From: Trichoplax adhaerens
Lineage: Eukaryota > Animalia > Placozoa
Direction: 5' to 3'
Length of the DNA: 64,000 nucleotides
NCBI RefSeq assembly: GCF_000150275.1
Contig: NW_002060968.1
Span: 715,788 to 779,787, forward strand
Shown: positions 58,420 to 64,000 of the stretch, one piece after another
Numbering within the stretch: the first letter of the stretch is position 1
Layout: each line of letters starts with the position of its first letter
Notes under the pieces: generated by a model
What the model was told of the DNA's origin: nothing
Seen by the model: only the letters and a program-made list of their open reading frames with translations
Databases searched by the model: none
Position numbers and translations under genes: made by a program

Positions 58420-61400
58420 AGTGATACTTTGGACTGTAACCATGGCAATTAATTAATACACCTGATCTCTCCCTTAACGTTTCATTAATACAGCTTACTA
58501 TTCAATGGCATCTTATTCGTGTAGGAGTAATTAAAGATCTATGATTACTGTATAGAACTATTAAATGGTGCATCAACTGTTTAAACATTAATATCGCAAG
58601 TATATAAAGTTTCGTAAATAGAGTCAATAATATCTGTCTAATAGTATAAGCATAACTGGATGGATAAGTGAGCTCTGAAATAGCCAAAATAATGTTTTGA
58701 AGAGATACCGTTAATGATTCATAATTTATCTTTTCTTCTGAGTTTCCATATCGTAAATCACTTATGTACTGTGGAAAGTAATTTTAGTTCGCATTTGTAT
58801 AATTTACGCCACAGATCCCGTCAGTATGGCCGTAATATAACACACAGAGAAAAATATATAAAGCGCATATGTCACAAAACAGCTTTGCAACAAGATAACG
58901 TAATTTACGATCAATAAGTCAATTCCTTGAACCACGTATCAAGGAACGATATCTCCACTATCACAAACACTTTTGCTCTACTAGCAGACTACATAAAGAC
59001 TTAGACGCCTCGTATTTTACGTTAAACACTAAGTTTGAGAATCCACTTTATTACACGATATACTGCATTTATATATTATTCCTCAATAGTTCATGAGTCA
59101 TAGTTAGTACGATTAACTTTGGAATCATTTACTGAATTAGATATTAATTTTAGCTACTGCTCCCTTAATGCAGACGACAGTATTTACGTACATAGACATC
59201 TGATGACTAATACAGAATAGTCAGATTACGATATGTCCTATCACGGAACATTTCCACGATAATTTACAATCTACCATGAGTAAGTTACAATCACAATGAT
59301 TGGAACTGTAAGTAGATAATTTGCATTCTCCGTTATAACTATTAATTTCAGTATGTGTATATGTGTCACTGTGATAAAAAGTCAGCGCTATATTAAAACA
59401 CAGTATCTCCAAATTAGAAGTTAACTAAATAAGGATAGGCTAACAGGATTGTCCTAAGATAGATATTTCTACTCTAATACAGTATATAACAATGTCACAG
59501 CATATAATTGAAAAATAGCAGAAGTTTAACCAAGGTTTAAAGAAGAATATTTCGGTTAGGATGTTTGCTGTTTAGCATTAACCAAATTGTTATAATTATT
59601 ACAAGTTGCTACTATATTGTCATACAGATATGATTATCGATGGGTGCATCGGAAATTATGACTCATTTTATAACCGAATTTCAAAGAAACAAGTTACCGT
59701 TAAAGATTTTCAACGAATTAAAATTATGAAATTTCGATAAATTTTTGTTTGTGCCACTGTTACGAGCTAGGAATAATCCTAACTTGTAATAAGTTCTGGA
59801 GCTTGTTTCAAATTTGCGTTATTGTAAATTAGAATGCCATTGGGTTGATATTCCTAGATAGCTATAAATCAGGTTTAGCTCGCTTTACTTTAGAATCTGC
59901 ATTTATACAGATTATGCGCAATCTAACCCTATTAAATTCGCTGTTTAAGTAGTACACTAATAAATTCCTAATAGTAATTAACAAAGGTACACTAGGCTAT
60001 CCCACTATAATATTTCATCTGAATTTACAAGTACTAACTTTTGACCTACAAATCATTCGAAATTATAAATACAATCTGTCTAAACTGGTTGGTAATTAAT
60101 TTTTAAGTCTACGTAATTCTAAATTTATAATGGTTAATTAAAGCTAACTCATCAATTGTTAAGCAACAAAGTTACAGTTAAGGAGACCGTAAGCATCGCT
60201 AACATAACATTATAAATTGAATATAACACGGAAATAATTTACTTGTCATAAAAATTTGCTTTTGTGACAGTACTGAGGTTGATATTAATTTGAAATGGAT
60301 TGTAAAAAAACTATTTGCTGTATTTTGGTATTATCTACAGTATATGTTGTATACTCTAACTTTTAACTGTTATGAATACGCATGGATATCATCCTCCTAT
60401 ACTACACAAGATAAGATAACTGTATTGGTACTTGTTATCGTAGTGAACTATATCCAGTCAGCTGATCTGACTTATCTCTAATCAGCCAGCAGCCGGAAAG
60501 CTACTTACTTATGACTGTGCACATCGTGCAGTGAGGTTTTTTAAAAGGATTCTAGTGATACTCTCTAAGTAGTGAAGTTCTCGAGAAATCGATTGTGGAG
60601 AGCATTAGCAGTATATAGAGTATCAGTAATATATAACCTGTTACTTCGCTAATAGTAGTTCTAATTTTATTTTAGATAGAAGTTAATAAACGTAACTTGT
60701 ATTGGCCAACTTCGGACATCGGCTGTAACCTATTATATATCACGGGCGACAATTATAACACTATTTCCGGAGGGAAACTATTAACTTGAGATCTAAATTT
60801 AATGATACAGCTTTGAATTTTTGTAATTAATTTGGCAAGGATTAGTACTGAATATGTTTGTGTAACGAAACTTAGTATAGTAATTATAGACTTTTAGCGA
60901 TGTTAGTAAGATTTACGGAAGCGTAACTTTCTATATTTATCTTAAGACGTATTTAAAAGCTCGCTACTATAGACTGTAATGGTAGATTTTATGTTATAGC
61001 ACACATGCAAATATATAGTAAGGTGTTGAGTTACTATTAAGGCTAGAGGTAAAAATAGAACTGTAACTCCTAAATTAGGATATGCTTAGTTTACCGTACT
61101 TTGACTGCTAAGAATAATATCTTTGGAAATACTGTAGTTTTTTGCATATCGGATTAATGATGGTTGGCTGTAAAATGTTGTCACTAATAATAATTTGACT
61201 ATGTGTAAATTAAGGTAGAATGTTGCTATGCTGATTGTGGCTGTGACTGCTACAAGATGATCATAAGCAGGCAACTTTAGCCTATTCAGTTCGTTCTTTC
61301 TAGAAGTCCTTGAATAGGTGTATTTGGCTAGAGTAGAGCTGTGTGTAGCCAGTCTATGTATCAGATCTAATAAAGTTCAAATTTTCTACAACTTTGGAAT

Positions 61401-63400
61401 TTTCGTGATTGGATTTTATCACAGTTTGCAATATTTCGAGTTCTGCTTAGTTTCGTCATTCAATCAGCTGACAGTTATGAAACGTTAGGTTTCACTTACT
61501 AAAATTTTGATGATATGTTATCAATAAAGAATTTTCCTTCCAGCATACTTTAACACACCACTAGCAATACAGTTGTCTTAATATAATAATAATTGTCACT
61601 TAGAAACCGATCAGTAATAAAGCATCTCTTCCTGCAAGAACATTACACAGTACCACTGGAATACTCGAAGTAAAACAATTTTCTTAAAGCACGACTTTTA
61701 AATTTGAATCTATATCACTATTAGCAGCAGAGAAGGACATGTCTTTGCATCAAAATAAATTGAATATTTTCGTTATACTATTGCATAATAGACAGAAAAG
61801 TTAATCTATAAAACTGTAAATCCTTCTTGATGTATACCAAACCAAAAGAAAAGTAGTGATCAAAATCGAACTGTACTATATTATCTCCTTCCACTCGAAT
61901 TATGCGATCAAGTTATAAGGAAGCTAACAAAATTTTGCGTTAATCAGAATCTAATTTAATAGGTATTTCGATTTTTTGTTTAATCTATTAAATTGGTACT
62001 AACATAAGTCAAGATTACAATCCAAACGTAGAGAATTAGGTATCAGTATTAACATGACAGAATATTCCACTCTATTTTCAAGGCCCTAATTGGCTAGAAA
62101 TTACCACTTCCAGAAAAATTTTTCCAATAGGTTTCTTTCAGTTTATGTAACTTAGTTGAAATAAACGTAACAGTAATAAATAATAATTTAATTGATTCTC
62201 TTCCATTAATACGAACTGTCTATTCAGATATTTCAGTTTGATTTCAGAATCTTTCCTGAAATATGCGGTTTCCAAAGAAATAATATCATCAACTTATCTC
62301 ACTTTAAATAGGTAAAGGCTCTGAGAACATATGCATTAATGTATAACGTTAGTACTGCAAAGTATGATTCGCTCTTGATTGCTTAATGGAAATTAAATGT
62401 CTTGAAAATAGATTAGCTCACTAAATTTGATTCTTTGCAGTTTTTAAACCAGTGAAGTTATATTTTATCTTTACTGCTAATAACGGTCTATTCATAAATT
62501 GTTCTAATGAATGGTAGATTATCTTTTAAAAAAAGGTGGTGATGTTCTGCTTTAGTTAGACATTATGACCCTAAAGAAACTCCGTTTAGTGGCTAGCTGT
62601 CAATTACGGGCAAGCTGTTGCATTAAAGTTATCCTGTTAGCTAAATTTTGACAACAACTTCTAAAGAGACTAGTTCGATGGCTTTTGACGTATGTTTCCT
62701 TCTAATCAAGTGCCAAGTTTGTTATGGAATCATGCTTAGAATCTGCTCAGAATTGTTACTTTTAAGACTTAAACCCTTAAATATACGAAAAAGAATTTCT
62801 TTGCTTTAATTAAATCTGAAGTAATGATTTCAAGATAAAAATTAGCCGTACGTCAGACATATAGCATTAAAACATATACTTAGAGGGTTTGACTGAAATT
62901 GGATTAATTTGCATATTATTCTGTTAGTTTTGCTTTGAAGTTAACTAATTTTGAATTACACAAAAATCAATTACTAACGCATTATATTCTTACCTTTCTT
63001 AAATCTTGGGATGAGTGCAAGATTTGAACTTTACTCGATGTTAAATTCTACTTCCAATTTCTTGATGTTTCCTTTACCAGTAGTTAGAAAACTTAATTGA
63101 TATTGATTTTAGCTTCTATTTTAATATCTTGAAATAATTTTGCGTTTTAACGGTAAACAATTTATTTCCTGAATGTACAAGATGGGTTAAATCAACTAAT
63201 ATATACTTAACGAAATATGACCATTTAGAAAATCGACCAGCTGAAAGTTACCAAAGGTGTATGATGGTCGATAGTACAATAATATTTGTCAATTTTCTTT
63301 TGAAGTGAGGATTTCAATAGGAAACTTTTCCAATTAAATTACAAAATTCTCCCAATTGTAACTAATTTAAGTAGGTAAAATACTGATACCTCAGATCATT
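58420..63400 (+). pseudogene. Possible heavily decayed leucine-rich-repeat gene(s), interrupted by a solo LTR
   Basis: Frame-shifted LRR-like fragments: QNNVLK/EIPLMIHNLSFLLSFHIVNHL...HLYNLRH (58685-58850), LTNFELHKNQL (62941), LENLIDIDFSF (~63084). Motif-level evidence only. Confidence 0.35.
58870..59499. mobile_element. Solo-LTR-like element, family A copy 3
   Basis: TGTCACA...TGTCACA ends (TG...CA) with a perfect 5-bp TSD GCATA (58865-58869 and 59500-59504); near-identical to 10139-10768. Confidence 0.9.
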
Positions 63401-64000
63401 TCAATACAAAAAAAAGAAATAAGAATTTACAATGAAAAATAGAAATAATAGAAATGATGATCAAAATTTGCTACACAATGATGCAATCGACAATAGAAGC
63501 TCTGCTTAATTACTGGTATTATTGTTATTTTCTAAACAGAATTGTATACCTTACTAAATTAGTAATTTACAATATTAACTTACGCGTGACTAAAGGAAAT
63601 TGTTTTTTTAACATTTTCTTTTATTTAATATAACAGTATTATCATTTTCCCCAATTACGTCATCCTGTGTTTCGAATATCTACAATCAATATGAATTGGC
63701 TAAATGATTAATTGCAACTAATATTAGCAGTTTCATCAGGAAAGTAAAGAAACGCCAATTTATAGGTGATACAGTATTAATCCTGAAAAGCGACTGTTAT
63801 ATCCTGTATTCTGATTCTTTAGTACAAATTCTCATCTAATACACATTTATCATCAAACAAAGTATTTTGTTTTATTGATATAAATAGATCAATTATACAT
63901 AAGTTGCAGCATGTAATTTTTATAATATATGAATGTTCCGACAATTTCAAGCATAGTAAATAGCCGGAAAATATATCGACAGCGTTACTTAAACAAATTA

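Overview
AT-rich eukaryotic DNA with short GT-AG introns; the gene set and style suggest an early-branching animal such as a placozoan (Trichoplax-like), which is inference only. Recognisable genes are an intronless class A peptide-type GPCR (- strand, runs off the left edge), COMMD6 (-), SPATA5/AFG2A (+), CLHC1 (-) and an orphan Ser-rich ORF (-). Several TG...CA elements with 5-bp target-site duplications (solo-LTR-like), a Helitron 3' end, a MITE, minisatellites, an assembly gap and probable decayed LRR genes fill the gene-poor stretches. The standout is invisible to the ORF track: a secreted neuropeptide-like precursor at about 25.4-33.3 kb (+), built from about 39 microexons of 3-42 nt, including five 3-nt exons. 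Internal exons from the third onward are all phase 1-1 and multiples of 3, and each mature xxLF/xxFF peptide is split across two exons. The ~239-bp 'satellite' at 30.3-32.7 kb is the amplified two-exon peptide module. All translations and splice calls were made by eye.
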